This document shows, piece after piece, positions 8,600 to 17,851 of a stretch of 64,000 nt of DNA. Position numbers and translations under genes: made by a program. This DNA is from Mycobacteriales bacterium. GTDB lineage: Bacteria > Actinomycetota > Actinomycetes > JAFAQI01. The DNA is taken from contig DASZUS010000056.1 of NCBI GenBank assembly GCA_035547515.1, forward strand, positions 40,451 to 104,450, read 5' to 3'. Numbering within the stretch: position 1 is the first letter of the stretch; each line of letters starts with the position of its first letter. The notes under the pieces were generated by a model. The model did not search any database. It was not told the DNA's origin and saw only the letters and a program-made list of their open reading frames with translations.

Positions 8600-9535
8600 T
8601 CAGACCGGCTGGCCGAGCTGCGCCGAGATCTCGGCGAGCTGCTGCAGTCGTCGCTCGAGTGAGGGGTGCGTGGCGAACAGCGAGGAGATCGAAAAGCCGT
8701 TGGCCAACGCCGGCGTGAAGAAGAAGGCGTTGAACGGCTCGGCGTGACGCAGGTCGTTGGTGGGGATCCGGGCCATGTCGCCGGTGACCTTCTGCAGCGC
8801 GGACGCGAGAGCGGACGGGCGGCCGGTGAGGATCGCGCCGGACCGGTCCGCGGCGAGCTCGCGGTAGCGCGAGAGCGCTCGGGTGAGCAGGAAGGAGATG
8901 GCGTAGACCACCATCGACACCAGCATCACCACGAACATCATCGCGGCGGTGTTGTCCTGCTGGTTGTTGTTGTTGCGGTTGCCATAGCCGCCGCCGAAGC
9001 CGCCGAACATCTCGCTGTAGAACATGAAGCGGGTCACCAGGCCGGCGGCGACGCCGAGGAACGACGCCACAGTCATCACGGCCACGTCGCGGTGGGCGAC
9101 GTGGGAGAGCTCGTGGGAGAGCACACCCTCGAGCTCGTCGTTGTCGAGCCGGCGCAGGATGCCGCTCGTCGCGCATACGACCGCGCGGTTCGGGCTGCGA
9201 CCGGTCGCGAACGCGTTAGGGATGTCGGTGTTCGCGATCGCGACCCGCGGCTTGGGCATGTCGGCGAGAGCGCACAGCCGGTCGACGACGCCGTGCAGCT
9301 CAGGCGCCTCCTCGGGCGTCACCTCGCGGCCGTGCATCGCGTAGAGCGCGATCCGGTCGGAGAACCAGTACTGGCAGAACAGCACGATCAGCGCGATGAC
9401 GATGACCGCGCCGGCGTTGATGCCCGACGCGATCAGGGCCGCCATGACCGCGACGTACAGCGCACCGATCAGGAAGATCGTGAACGTCATCCGGGCCGTC
9501 AGGTTGTGGTCCGGCTTGATGCGGGTTGTGGCCAT
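8600..9535 (-). CDS. htpX: zinc metalloprotease HtpX (peptidase M48)
   Basis: 311 aa. It has the HELSHV zinc-binding motif, TM helices, and an internal Gly/Asn-rich loop (GGFGGGYGNRNNNNQQD). Confidence 0.9.
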   Translation of the reverse strand: MATTRIKPDHNLTARMTFTIFLIGALYVAVMAALIASGINAGAVIVIALIVLFCQYWFSDRIALYAMHGREVTPEEAPELHGVVDRLCALADMPKPRVAIANTDIPNAFATGRSPNRAVVCATSGILRRLDNDELEGVLSHELSHVAHRDVAVMTVASFLGVAAGLVTRFMFYSEMFGGFGGGYGNRNNNNQQDNTAAMMFVVMLVSMVVYAISFLLTRALSRYRELAADRSGAILTGRPSALASALQKVTGDMARIPTNDLRHAEPFNAFFFTPALANGFSISSLFATHPSLERRLQQLAEISAQLGQPV

Positions 9536-9813
9536 CAGTCTGGAATCAGTCCTTCATCGGTAAGCAGCGCCTTGACCTCGGCCAGCGAGGCATCGGCCGA
9601 GGGCAGGATCAGCTCGGACGGCACGATCTGCTCGTCCGGCAGCGGCGTACCGACCTCACGCACCTTGGCGAGCAGCTCCCCGAGCGCCGCGTCGAACCGC
9701 TCGGCGTCGTCGGCGTCACACGCGTTCTGCAGGACGGTGTCGAGCTCGTTGAGGGCGTCGTGCGCCGAGTCGGGCACCTCGAGCTGACCCTCGCCGAGGA
9801 TCCGGACGATCAC
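9535..9813 (-). CDS. PspA-associated protein PspAA-like (small acidic protein)
   Basis: 92 aa, GTG start. It overlaps the pspA stop (GTGA) and shares one nucleotide with the htpX ATG. Confidence 0.6.
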   Translation of the reverse strand: MIVRILGEGQLEVPDSAHDALNELDTVLQNACDADDAERFDAALGELLAKVREVGTPLPDEQIVPSELILPSADASLAEVKALLTDEGLIPD

Positions 9814-10574
9814 GAGGCCCCCTCAGCCGATGCCGGAGCCGCGTCTCCGGTGATCGCCGCCGGCGCGGAGCCGGCCGGCAGCGCGCCCTTGAGCTTGGCG
9901 AGCTCGAGCTCCACGTCGCTGTTGGCGGCGCCGCGGTCCAGCTCGGCCTGGATGTCGTCCTTGCCGCCGGGGATCGTGGCGTCGTCGAGCGCACCCGAGG
10001 CGAGCAGCTCGTCGACCGCGCCGGCGCGAGCCTGCATCTCCGCGGTCTTGTCCTGGGCCCGCTGCATGGCCATGCCGATGTCGCCCATCTCCTCCGAGAT
10101 GCCCGACACCGCTTCGCCGATCTTGGTCTGCGCCTCGGCCGCCGTGTAGGTCGCCTTGATCGTCTCCTTCTGGGTGCGGAAGGCGTCGACCTTTGCCTGG
10201 AGCTTCTGCGAGGCCTGGACCAGCTTCTCTTCCTCAGCCTGCAGCTGCGCATGCTGCGTCTGCAGGTCGGCAAGCTGCTGGTTGGCGGTTGCCCGGCGGG
10301 TCAGCGCCTCGCGGGCGAGGTCGTCGCGGCCCTGGGCGACCGCCTGCTGCGCCTGCGCCTGGAGCTTGTCCGCGCTTGCCTGCACCTGCTGCATCTGCAG
10401 CTCGATGCGCTTGCGGCTGGTCGCGACGTCGGCCACGCCGCGCTTGACCTTCGTCAGCAGCTCGAGCTGCTTCTCGTAGGAGTAGTCCAGCGTCTCGCGA
10501 GGGTCCTCGTGCTTGTCGAGGATCTTGCTCGCCTTCGACTTGACGATCAGTGAGAACCGCTGACCCAAGCCCAT
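9810..10574 (-). CDS. pspA: PspA/IM30 family protein (phage shock protein A)
   Basis: ATG at 10574 gives MGLGQRFSLIVKSKASKILDKHEDPRETLDYSYEKQLELL..., the canonical PspA/Vipp1 N-terminus, followed by long coiled-coil Q/A/E-rich sequence. GAAGGG lies upstream as an RBS. Confidence 0.9.
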   Translation of the reverse strand: MGLGQRFSLIVKSKASKILDKHEDPRETLDYSYEKQLELLTKVKRGVADVATSRKRIELQMQQVQASADKLQAQAQQAVAQGRDDLAREALTRRATANQQLADLQTQHAQLQAEEEKLVQASQKLQAKVDAFRTQKETIKATYTAAEAQTKIGEAVSGISEEMGDIGMAMQRAQDKTAEMQARAGAVDELLASGALDDATIPGGKDDIQAELDRGAANSDVELELAKLKGALPAGSAPAAITGDAAPASAEGAS

Positions 10575-10594
10575 ACCGTCCGACCCTTCTACGC

Positions 10595-10610
10595 CGCGCC
10601 GTACGGCGCG
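10595..10610. promoter_or_regulatory. perfect 16-bp palindrome CGCGCCGTACGGCGCG in the pspA 5' region
   Basis: Counted base by base. It lies 21-36 nt upstream of the pspA ATG, in the divergent pspA/DUF3043 intergenic region. Confidence 0.35.
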
Positions 10611-10719
10611 CGTGGTGGCCCGCGCCTCACGGCGCAGCATAGGAATCAGCGTAGTCACGATGCTGAACACCGGCTGAGCACCAGGTGTGGACCGATGAGG
10701 GCATTCGTAGACTCGCGTC

Positions 10720-11316
10720 GTGCCGTTCGGACGCGCCAAGTCGCCCGCGCCTGTCGAGGTCGCCGATCCCGCTCCCGGGCCCGCGGCCGGGAAGGGCAGA
10801 GCGACCCCCAAGCGGTCCGAGGCGCGCAAGGCGCGGCGTACGGCGGGAGCCGCCGGTTCGGCTCGATCATCCGGGCGCGGCGGGTCGAGCACGGACGCGC
10901 GAGCGCGCGCCCGTGCGGAGCGGCAACGGCAGCGCGAGGCGTTGCTCACCGGCGACGAGCGCAACCTGCCGCCGCGCGACGCGGGACCGGAGAAGCGGCT
11001 CGCCCGCGACGTGGTCGACTCGCGCCTGACGATCGGGCAGATCTTCATCGCGATCGTCTTCGTCGAGTTCCTACTCAGCCTGGTCATCCAGCAAGGGCCG
11101 GCCGTGCTCGCGCTCGACGTCATCGGGCTTCTCACGCTGGCGATCATCGTCGCCGACAGCTACCGGCACGGCCGCGCGGCAAAGGACGCGGTTGCGCAGA
11201 AGTACGGCGAGCAGAGGACGCAGGGCATCGTGACCTACGCCTTCCTGCGCGCGATGCTGCCGCGGCGGTTCCGCCGGCCGCCGCCGAAGGTCGCCCGCGG
11301 CGGCGCCCCGCTGTAG
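10720..11316 (+). CDS. DUF3043 domain-containing membrane protein
   Basis: 198 aa, GTG start. A basic N-terminus (TPKRSEARKARR...RERARAERQRQREALLTGDERNLPPRD) is followed by two TM helices, as in Rv2206-like proteins. Confidence 0.7.
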   Translation: MPFGRAKSPAPVEVADPAPGPAAGKGRATPKRSEARKARRTAGAAGSARSSGRGGSSTDARARARAERQRQREALLTGDERNLPPRDAGPEKRLARDVVDSRLTIGQIFIAIVFVEFLLSLVIQQGPAVLALDVIGLLTLAIIVADSYRHGRAAKDAVAQKYGEQRTQGIVTYAFLRAMLPRRFRRPPPKVARGGAPL

Positions 11317-11332
11317 CGGTACTCCGTCCTAC

Positions 11333-11548
11333 CTAGTCGCTCAGCGACATCGGGCCGTAGACCTCGCGGCCGTCCTCGAATAGCGTCACCTGTGCGACGC
11401 CCGCCTCACGCATCTGACGCCAGGTCTCGCCGATCCAGGTCTCGGCGTCCGCCTGCGTCGGGAACGACTCGGCCGGCAGCTCCCCGCCGTCGGCCGAGCC
11501 CTCGACGGCTACGCCGTCCGCGTCCTCGTACCGCCAACCCCACGCCAT
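11333..11548 (-). CDS. hypothetical small acidic protein (71 aa)
   Basis: Clean ORF with GC-rich third codon positions between annotated genes. No motif recognised. Confidence 0.45.
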   Translation of the reverse strand: MAWGWRYEDADGVAVEGSADGGELPAESFPTQADAETWIGETWRQMREAGVAQVTLFEDGREVYGPMSLSD

Positions 11549-11581
11549 CCGGCAACCCTATTCACGCCCAGTAAAGGAGCG

Positions 11582-12103
11582 TTACTGGGCGAGGACGGCC
11601 CGGGCGATCTCGCGGGCGATGAGGTCCGGGGTGGTCTGGCCCTCGTCGATGATCATCGTGGTGCCGTCGGCGTACAGGGACTCGCGCCCGGCGTAGAGCC
11701 GGCGCATCGCGACAGCGGGCGAGCCGCCGAGCCAGGGCCGGTTGGTCCCGGTGACCCGCCGCGCGAGCACCTCGATGTCGGCACGCAGCCATACGACGAA
11801 GCCGCTGCGGTGCAGCCGGTCGAGGTCGAGCGGGTCGGTCACGACCCCGCCCGCCACACCGGCAATGAGCGGGCCGCCTTCGGTCAGCGCGACGTCGAGC
11901 GACGCCGACTCCGCTCGGCGAAGCGCGAGCACGCCGTCCTCTTCCTGCACCCGCCGGGTGTCCTTGCCCACCGCTCGCGCCAGCAGCTCGTCGTTGTCGT
12001 AGTACGGCCAGCCGAGGACCCGGGACAGCGCGCGGCCCACCGTCGTCTTGCCGGCGCCCATCATGCCGATCAGCAGGACCCGGTCGTACTTCACGTGACT
12101 CAT
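11582..12103 (-). CDS. shikimate kinase-like P-loop kinase
   Basis: 173 aa. It has the Walker A motif GMMGAGKTTVGRAL and a D.D acceptor-site segment (YYDNDELL). It is not located in an aro operon. Confidence 0.65.
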   Translation of the reverse strand: MSHVKYDRVLLIGMMGAGKTTVGRALSRVLGWPYYDNDELLARAVGKDTRRVQEEDGVLALRRAESASLDVALTEGGPLIAGVAGGVVTDPLDLDRLHRSGFVVWLRADIEVLARRVTGTNRPWLGGSPAVAMRRLYAGRESLYADGTTMIIDEGQTTPDLIAREIARAVLAQ

Positions 12104-12138
12104 TGCAGGCGCCCTGTCATCTCACGTGCGACGAGCTG

Positions 12139-13287
12139 TCACCGGACGTGAGACGGCACGAACGGCGGTTTGACTACCTGCATCATCAACGGCTTGCCGC
12201 GCACGTCAACCTTGACCTGGTCGCCCTCGCGGACCGCTCGCGACAGGTAGCAAAGCGCAATCCCGGTCTTGAGGGTCGGCGAGAACGTCCCGCTGGTGAT
12301 CTCACCGAGGTCGTCGTCGGCCAGCGACCGCACCGCCATGTGCGGGCGCGGGATCCCGCGGCCTTCGGCCTTCAGCCCCCACAGCAGCCGCGGGGCGCCG
12401 ACCTCCTGCTCGCGGCTGATCACGTCACGCCCCCAGAACGCCGGCTTGTGCGAGCCGACCGCCCACCCGAGCCGCGCCTGGATCGGAGTGGTCGCCTTCG
12501 TCAGGTCCTGGCCGTGCAGCGGGTAGCCCATCTCGGTACGCAGGGTGTCGCGGGCGCCGAGCCCGCACGGCATCCCACCCAGCGGGGCCGCCGCCGCCAT
12601 CACCGCGTCCCACAGGTCGCCAGCGATGTCGACGGTCGGCATCAGCTCGTAGCCGTGCTCGCCGGTGTAGCCGGTACGGCACACGACCACGGGCGCGCTC
12701 TTGCCATTGCCGCGCGACCAGTCGACCCGGGCGAACGCCATGTAGTCCATGTCCGCGGGCAGACCCACGGCCTCCAGAACCGCCGCGGACTTAGGGCCCT
12801 GGACCGCGATCGTCGCGAGGTGGCGGTGCACGTTGGCGATCGTCACGTCGGCGGGTGCCTCGTCCTCGAGCATCCGTACGACGGTGTCCGCATTGGCCGC
12901 GTTGGGGACGAGGAACAGGTCGCGGTTCTCCCGGTAGACGATCAGGTCGTCGATGATTCCGCCGGTCCCGTCGTCACAGCACAGCGTGTACTGCGCCTGA
13001 CCGGGTCCGATCCGGTCGAGGTCGTTGGTGAGACACGAGTTCACGAACTCGATAGCGCTCGGGCCGCTGACGCGCAGCTTGCCGAGATGGCTGACGTCGA
13101 ACACGCCCACCGCCGTACGGGTAGCGGTGTGCTCCTCCACGACCCCGGCGTACGACAGGGGCATCGACCAGCCGCCGAAGTCGGCGAACTTCGCGCCCAG
13201 CGCGGCATGCCGATCCGCCAACGGGCCCTCGATCGCCGGCGCCGAGATGGTGTCGCTCACGACGAGGGACGCTACCCGGTTGATCAT
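12139..13287 (-). CDS. gcvT: glycine cleavage system aminomethyltransferase GcvT
   Basis: LADRHAALGAKFADFGGWSMPLSY, VGVFDVSHLGKL, CRTGYTGEHGYEL and ARDTLRTEMGYPLHGQDL are present. I chose the internal ATG at 13287 as the start; the ORF opens at 13329. Confidence 0.9.
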   Translation of the reverse strand: MINRVASLVVSDTISAPAIEGPLADRHAALGAKFADFGGWSMPLSYAGVVEEHTATRTAVGVFDVSHLGKLRVSGPSAIEFVNSCLTNDLDRIGPGQAQYTLCCDDGTGGIIDDLIVYRENRDLFLVPNAANADTVVRMLEDEAPADVTIANVHRHLATIAVQGPKSAAVLEAVGLPADMDYMAFARVDWSRGNGKSAPVVVCRTGYTGEHGYELMPTVDIAGDLWDAVMAAAAPLGGMPCGLGARDTLRTEMGYPLHGQDLTKATTPIQARLGWAVGSHKPAFWGRDVISREQEVGAPRLLWGLKAEGRGIPRPHMAVRSLADDDLGEITSGTFSPTLKTGIALCYLSRAVREGDQVKVDVRGKPLMMQVVKPPFVPSHVR

Positions 13288-13343
13288 CGGGCGACACCCC
13301 GCCGAAGCCGGCCGGAGCCGGCGCAACATCTAGCATCGCGACC

Positions 13344-14879
13344 ATGACCCGGCTCTCGCTGTCCTCGACCCGGCTGTCCGACGTCGACGCCGACGCCCTG
13401 ATCATCGGCGTCGCGCGCAAGGGGCGCTCCCTCGTCGTCGCTCCAGGCGCCGCCGAGATCGACAAGGCGCTCAAGAAGCGCCTGACGGAGGCGCTGCAGG
13501 CGCTCGGCGCGACCGGCCGCGCGGGCGAGCTGACCAAGCTCGCGACCCTCGGCGCAACCAAGGCCGCCACGGTGGTCGCGGTCGGGCTGGGCGAAGCGCC
13601 GGACGGCAACGGAGGGTACGGCGCCGAGGCGATCCGGCGTGCCGCCGGCGTCGCCGCCCGCGCGCTCGCCGGGACCAAGAAGGTCGCTACCTCCCTAGCC
13701 CAGGTCAACGGCGAGGCTCCGTCGGCTGACGACCTGCGTGCGGTCGCCGAGGGCCTGGCGCTCGGCGGCTACACCTTCCGCAAGTACCGGCACTCCTCCG
13801 CCGCTGAGCATCGCGCCGGCGTCGCCAACGCGGTCATCACGGTGGCGGATGAGAAGGACAAGGCGGCGAAGGCCGTGCTCGCGCGCGCATCGGTGATCGC
13901 CGATGCCGTCGCGAGCTGCCGCGACCTGGTCAACACTCCGGCCGCCGACCTCCACCCGGCCGACCTCGCGGAGTTCGCGGTCGAGCTGTGCGGAGGCGCG
14001 GGATGTGCCGTCGAGGTGCTCGACGAGCAGGCGCTTACCGAAGGTGGCTTCGGCGGCATCCTCGGCGTCGGCCAGGGTGCGGCCAACCCGCCACGGCTGG
14101 TGCGGATCGAGCACGCCGGCGGCCCCTCGGGCGCCCCCGCGGTGCACCTGGTCGGCAAGGGCATCACCTTCGACACCGGGGGCCTGTCGCTCAAGCCCGC
14201 CCAGGCAATGGAGTGGATGAAGGCCGACATGGGCGGGGCCGCATCGGTCATCACGACGCTGTGGGCGCTGGCGAAGCTCGGCGTCCGGGTCAACGTCGTC
14301 GGGTGGGTGGCGACCGCGGAGAACATGCCCAGCGGTACGGCGATCCGGCCTTCCGACATCCTCACGATGCGCGGCGGCAAGACCGTCGAGGTGCTGAACA
14401 CCGACGCCGAGGGCCGGCTCGTCATGGCCGATGCGATCGTGCGCGCCGGCGAGGAGAAGCCCGCCGCGATCGTCGACGTCGCGACCCTGACCGGCGCGGC
14501 GCTGGTCGCGCTCGGGTCCCGGGTGTACGGCGTGATGGGCAACGACTCCGAGCTCAGCGACGCGATCCTTGCCGCGGCCGAGACGGCAGGCGAGCAGGCC
14601 TGGCCGATGCCGCTGCCCGAGGAGCTGCGCAAGTCGATCGACTCCGACATCGCGGATCTGCAGAACATCGGCGACCGGTTCGGCGGGATGCTCGTCGCTG
14701 GCCTGTTCCTGCAGGAGTTTGTCCCCGCCGGAGTGCCGTGGGCGCACCTGGACGTCGCCGGTCCGGCGTGGAACGAGGGCGAACCGTTCGGCTACACGCC
14801 GAAGGGCGGCACCGGCGTACCGGTCCGGACCCTCGTGGAATGGATCTCCGGTCGAGCCGCTTCACAGCGAATGAAATAG
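13344..14879 (+). CDS. pepA: leucyl aminopeptidase (peptidase M17)
   Basis: 511 aa. It has the M17 signature NTDAEGRLVMAD, plus VGKGITFDTGGLSLKP. Confidence 0.9.
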   Translation: MTRLSLSSTRLSDVDADALIIGVARKGRSLVVAPGAAEIDKALKKRLTEALQALGATGRAGELTKLATLGATKAATVVAVGLGEAPDGNGGYGAEAIRRAAGVAARALAGTKKVATSLAQVNGEAPSADDLRAVAEGLALGGYTFRKYRHSSAAEHRAGVANAVITVADEKDKAAKAVLARASVIADAVASCRDLVNTPAADLHPADLAEFAVELCGGAGCAVEVLDEQALTEGGFGGILGVGQGAANPPRLVRIEHAGGPSGAPAVHLVGKGITFDTGGLSLKPAQAMEWMKADMGGAASVITTLWALAKLGVRVNVVGWVATAENMPSGTAIRPSDILTMRGGKTVEVLNTDAEGRLVMADAIVRAGEEKPAAIVDVATLTGAALVALGSRVYGVMGNDSELSDAILAAAETAGEQAWPMPLPEELRKSIDSDIADLQNIGDRFGGMLVAGLFLQEFVPAGVPWAHLDVAGPAWNEGEPFGYTPKGGTGVPVRTLVEWISGRAASQRMK

Positions 14880-14951
14880 TGGGGACGACGCAGAACACCC
14901 ACCTGCTCGCAACGAGGTAGCGCGCAACCGCGCGACGCTAGGAGCCGCACA

Positions 14952-16331
14952 ATGGCCGACCCGCAGACCGCCGACATCGTCATCCTCGGCGGAGGGAGTG
15001 GGGGCTATGCGTGTGCGCTGCGAGCGGCCGAGCTCGGCCTGAGCGTCGTACTGATCGAGCGCGACAAGGTGGGCGGCACGTGCCTGCACCGCGGGTGCAT
15101 CCCGACCAAGGCGCTGCTGCATGCCGCCGAGGTCGCGGACGCCGCACGTGAGGGCGAGAAGGTCGGCGTACGAAGCTCGCTCGACGGCATCGACATGGCC
15201 GCGGTCAACGACTACAAGGACAGCGTCGTCTCGCGCCTGCACAAGGGGCTCACGGGCCTGATTGCCAGCCGCAAGATCACCACCGTCGAGGGCCACGGCC
15301 GGCTGACCTCCCCCACCACGGTGGAGGTCGACGGCACGACGTACACCGCGACGAAGGCGGTCGTCCTGGCGACCGGCTCGTACTCGCGCTCGCTGCCGGG
15401 CCTGGAGATCGACGGCACCCGGATCATCACCAGCGAGCACGCATTGGCGCTCGAGTCGGTGCCGGCGTCAGCGATCGTGCTCGGCGGCGGCGTGATCGGC
15501 GTCGAGTTCGCGAGCGTCTGGAAGTCGTTCGGGGCTGACGTCACGATCGTGGAGGCGCTGCCGCACCTGGTGCCGCTCGAGGACGAGAACAGCTCGAAGC
15601 TGCTCGAGCGCGCCTTCCGCCGTCGGGGCATCAACTTCTCCGTCGGCGTCCGCTTTGCCTCGGCCAAAGTCACCGATGCCGGCGTCACGGTCACCCTCGA
15701 GGACGGCAAGACGATCGACGGCGACGTGCTGCTGGTCGCGGTCGGCCGGGGTCCGGTGTCCGAGGGCCTCGGGTACGAGGAGGCCGGCATCGCGATGGAT
15801 CGTGGCTTCGTCACCGTCGATGCGCACTGCCGCACCAACGTCGCGGGGGTCTACGCGATCGGCGACCTGCGGCCGGGGCTGCATCTCGCTCACGTCGGCT
15901 TCGCCGAGGGGATCATGGTCGCCGAGGAGATCGCCGGGCTGAACCCGCCCACCGTCGACTACGACAACGTCCCGAAGGTCACCTACTGCGAGCCGGAGGT
16001 TGCCAGCGTCGGGCTGACCTCGGCGCAGGCGAAGGCGCGCGGCATCGAGATCGTCGAGACGACGTACGACCTCGCCGGCAACGGTCGCGCGCAGATCCTG
16101 CAGACCGGCGGCGCGGTCAAGGTCGTCGCCGCCAAGGACGGCGCGGTGCTCGGCGTGCACATGGTCGGCTCGCGGGTCGGAGACCTGATCGCCGAGGCGC
16201 AGCTGATCACCAACTGGGAGGCGCTGCCGATCGAGGTGGCGCAGCTCATCCACCCGCACCCGACGCTGTCCGAGGCGGTCGGCGAGGCTCACCTCGCGCT
16301 CGCCGGCAAGCCCCTGCACACCCACGGCTGA
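14952..16331 (+). CDS. lpdA: dihydrolipoyl dehydrogenase (E3)
   Basis: 459 aa. It has the FAD motif ILGGGSGGY, the redox disulfide [13 protein letters not shown], and the C-terminal HPHPTLSE motif. Confidence 0.92.
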   Translation: MADPQTADIVILGGGSGGYACALRAAELGLSVVLIERDKVGGTCLHRGCIPTKALLHAAEVADAAREGEKVGVRSSLDGIDMAAVNDYKDSVVSRLHKGLTGLIASRKITTVEGHGRLTSPTTVEVDGTTYTATKAVVLATGSYSRSLPGLEIDGTRIITSEHALALESVPASAIVLGGGVIGVEFASVWKSFGADVTIVEALPHLVPLEDENSSKLLERAFRRRGINFSVGVRFASAKVTDAGVTVTLEDGKTIDGDVLLVAVGRGPVSEGLGYEEAGIAMDRGFVTVDAHCRTNVAGVYAIGDLRPGLHLAHVGFAEGIMVAEEIAGLNPPTVDYDNVPKVTYCEPEVASVGLTSAQAKARGIEIVETTYDLAGNGRAQILQTGGAVKVVAAKDGAVLGVHMVGSRVGDLIAEAQLITNWEALPIEVAQLIHPHPTLSEAVGEAHLALAGKPLHTHG

Positions 16332-16344
16332 GAGGCCCAACGCG

Positions 16345-17778
16345 ATGTCCGTCTCCGTCAAGATGCCGCAGCTCGGGGAGAGCGTGTCGGAAGGCACGGT
16401 CACTCGCTGGCTCAAGGCCGAAGGCGAGCAGGTCAGCGCCGACGAACCGCTGCTCGAAGTCTCGACCGACAAGGTAGACACCGAGATCCCCTCGCCCGCG
16501 TCAGGCGTGCTGACCGCCATCAAGGTTGCCGAGGACGAGACGGTCGACGTCGGCGTCGAGCTCGCGATCATCGATGAGGCGGGTACGGCGACGGCGGCTC
16601 CTGCCGCTGCCGAGCCCGCGCCGCCCGCCGAGGAGCCGGCCGCCCCGGCCGCCGCGGCTGCCCCACCTCCTCCGCCTGCACCGGCCCCGGCTGCGGAAGC
16701 GCCTGCACCGGCTCCGGCTGCGCCCGCTCCGGCGGCTCCCGCTGCCGTGGCTGACGACGAGGGTGAGGACGACGGGCAGGGCTCGTCGTACGTCACGCCT
16801 TTGGTACGCCGGCTGGCGAGCGAGCACAACATCGACCTGTCGACCGTGACCGGGACCGGGGTCGGCGGGCGGATCCGCAAGCAGGACGTGCTCGACGCCG
16901 CCGCTCGCGGCGGGTCGGCCGCAGCGACATCCCCCGCTCCCGCGCAGGCTCCTGCGCAGCCTGCCGCAGCCGCTGCGGCCGCGCCGGCGGTCACGCCGGC
17001 CCCGGTCGCGCCCGCCGCCGCCGCGCCACGGCCGGCAAAGGCGCCGGACAGCCCGATGCGCGGCAGCACCGAGAAGCTGTCTCGGCTGCGCACCGTCATT
17101 GCCGAGCGGATGACCGAGTCGCTGCGGATCAGCGCGCAGCTGACGACGGTGGTCGAGGTGGACCTCACGAAGATCGCCCGGCTGCGACAGCGGGCGAAGA
17201 GCGACTTCGAGGCACGCGAGGGCGTGAAGCTGACCTACCTGCCGTTCTTCGCGGTCGCCGTCTGCGAGGCGCTGCGCGAGCACCCGCAGGTCAATGCGTC
17301 GATCGACCTCGAGGCCGGGACGGTGACCTATCACGACACCGTCCATCTCGGCATTGCCGTGGACACCGACCGTGGGCTTCTCGTACCGGTGCTGAAGGAG
17401 GCCAGCGATCTCAACCTGGCCGGCATTGCGCGCAAGGTCGACGACCTCGCTCGGCGTACCCGAGACAGCCACATCACGCCGGACGAGCTCGGCGGCGGGA
17501 CGTTCACCCTCACGAACACGGGCTCGCGCGGGGCGCTGTTCGACACGCCGATCATCAACCAGCCACAGGTCGGGATCCTGGGCACGGGCGCGGTGGTGAA
17601 GCGGCCGGTGGTCATCGACGACCCGGTTGCCGGTGAGGTGATCGCGGTGCGCCACATCTGCTACCTGGCCCTGACCTACGACCACCGGATGGTCGACGGC
17701 GCCGACGCGGCCCGCTTCCTCGGCACCGTGAAGGCGCGCCTGGAAGCAGGTGAGTTCGAGTCCGAGCTTGGCCTATGA
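16345..17778 (+). CDS. sucB: 2-oxoacid dehydrogenase E2, dihydrolipoamide succinyl/acyl-transferase
   Basis: 477 aa. It has one lipoyl domain ([14 protein letters not shown]), Ala/Pro linkers, an E3-binding domain ([16 protein letters not shown]), and the catalytic motif [13 protein letters not shown]. Confidence 0.9.
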   Translation: MSVSVKMPQLGESVSEGTVTRWLKAEGEQVSADEPLLEVSTDKVDTEIPSPASGVLTAIKVAEDETVDVGVELAIIDEAGTATAAPAAAEPAPPAEEPAAPAAAAAPPPPPAPAPAAEAPAPAPAAPAPAAPAAVADDEGEDDGQGSSYVTPLVRRLASEHNIDLSTVTGTGVGGRIRKQDVLDAAARGGSAAATSPAPAQAPAQPAAAAAAAPAVTPAPVAPAAAAPRPAKAPDSPMRGSTEKLSRLRTVIAERMTESLRISAQLTTVVEVDLTKIARLRQRAKSDFEAREGVKLTYLPFFAVAVCEALREHPQVNASIDLEAGTVTYHDTVHLGIAVDTDRGLLVPVLKEASDLNLAGIARKVDDLARRTRDSHITPDELGGGTFTLTNTGSRGALFDTPIINQPQVGILGTGAVVKRPVVIDDPVAGEVIAVRHICYLALTYDHRMVDGADAARFLGTVKARLEAGEFESELGL

Positions 17779-17851
17779 CGCTCAACCTCACCGCCCCGGA
17801 GCCGGTCACCAATCGCGACCCTCGGTTGGACGACGCGCTGGCGCGGATGCT

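Noticed and set aside
13288-13343. Possible glycine riboswitch upstream of gcvT.
   Set aside because: Only about 56 nt separate gcvT from the divergent pepA, too short for a glycine aptamer, and I see no conserved aptamer core.
16560-17060. Highly repetitive GC-rich DNA (GCNCCN-type periodicity) inside sucB, considered as a possible tandem repeat or array.
   Set aside because: It encodes the Ala/Pro-rich flexible linkers that normally separate the lipoyl, E3-binding and catalytic domains of E2 proteins. No spacer-repeat organisation is present.
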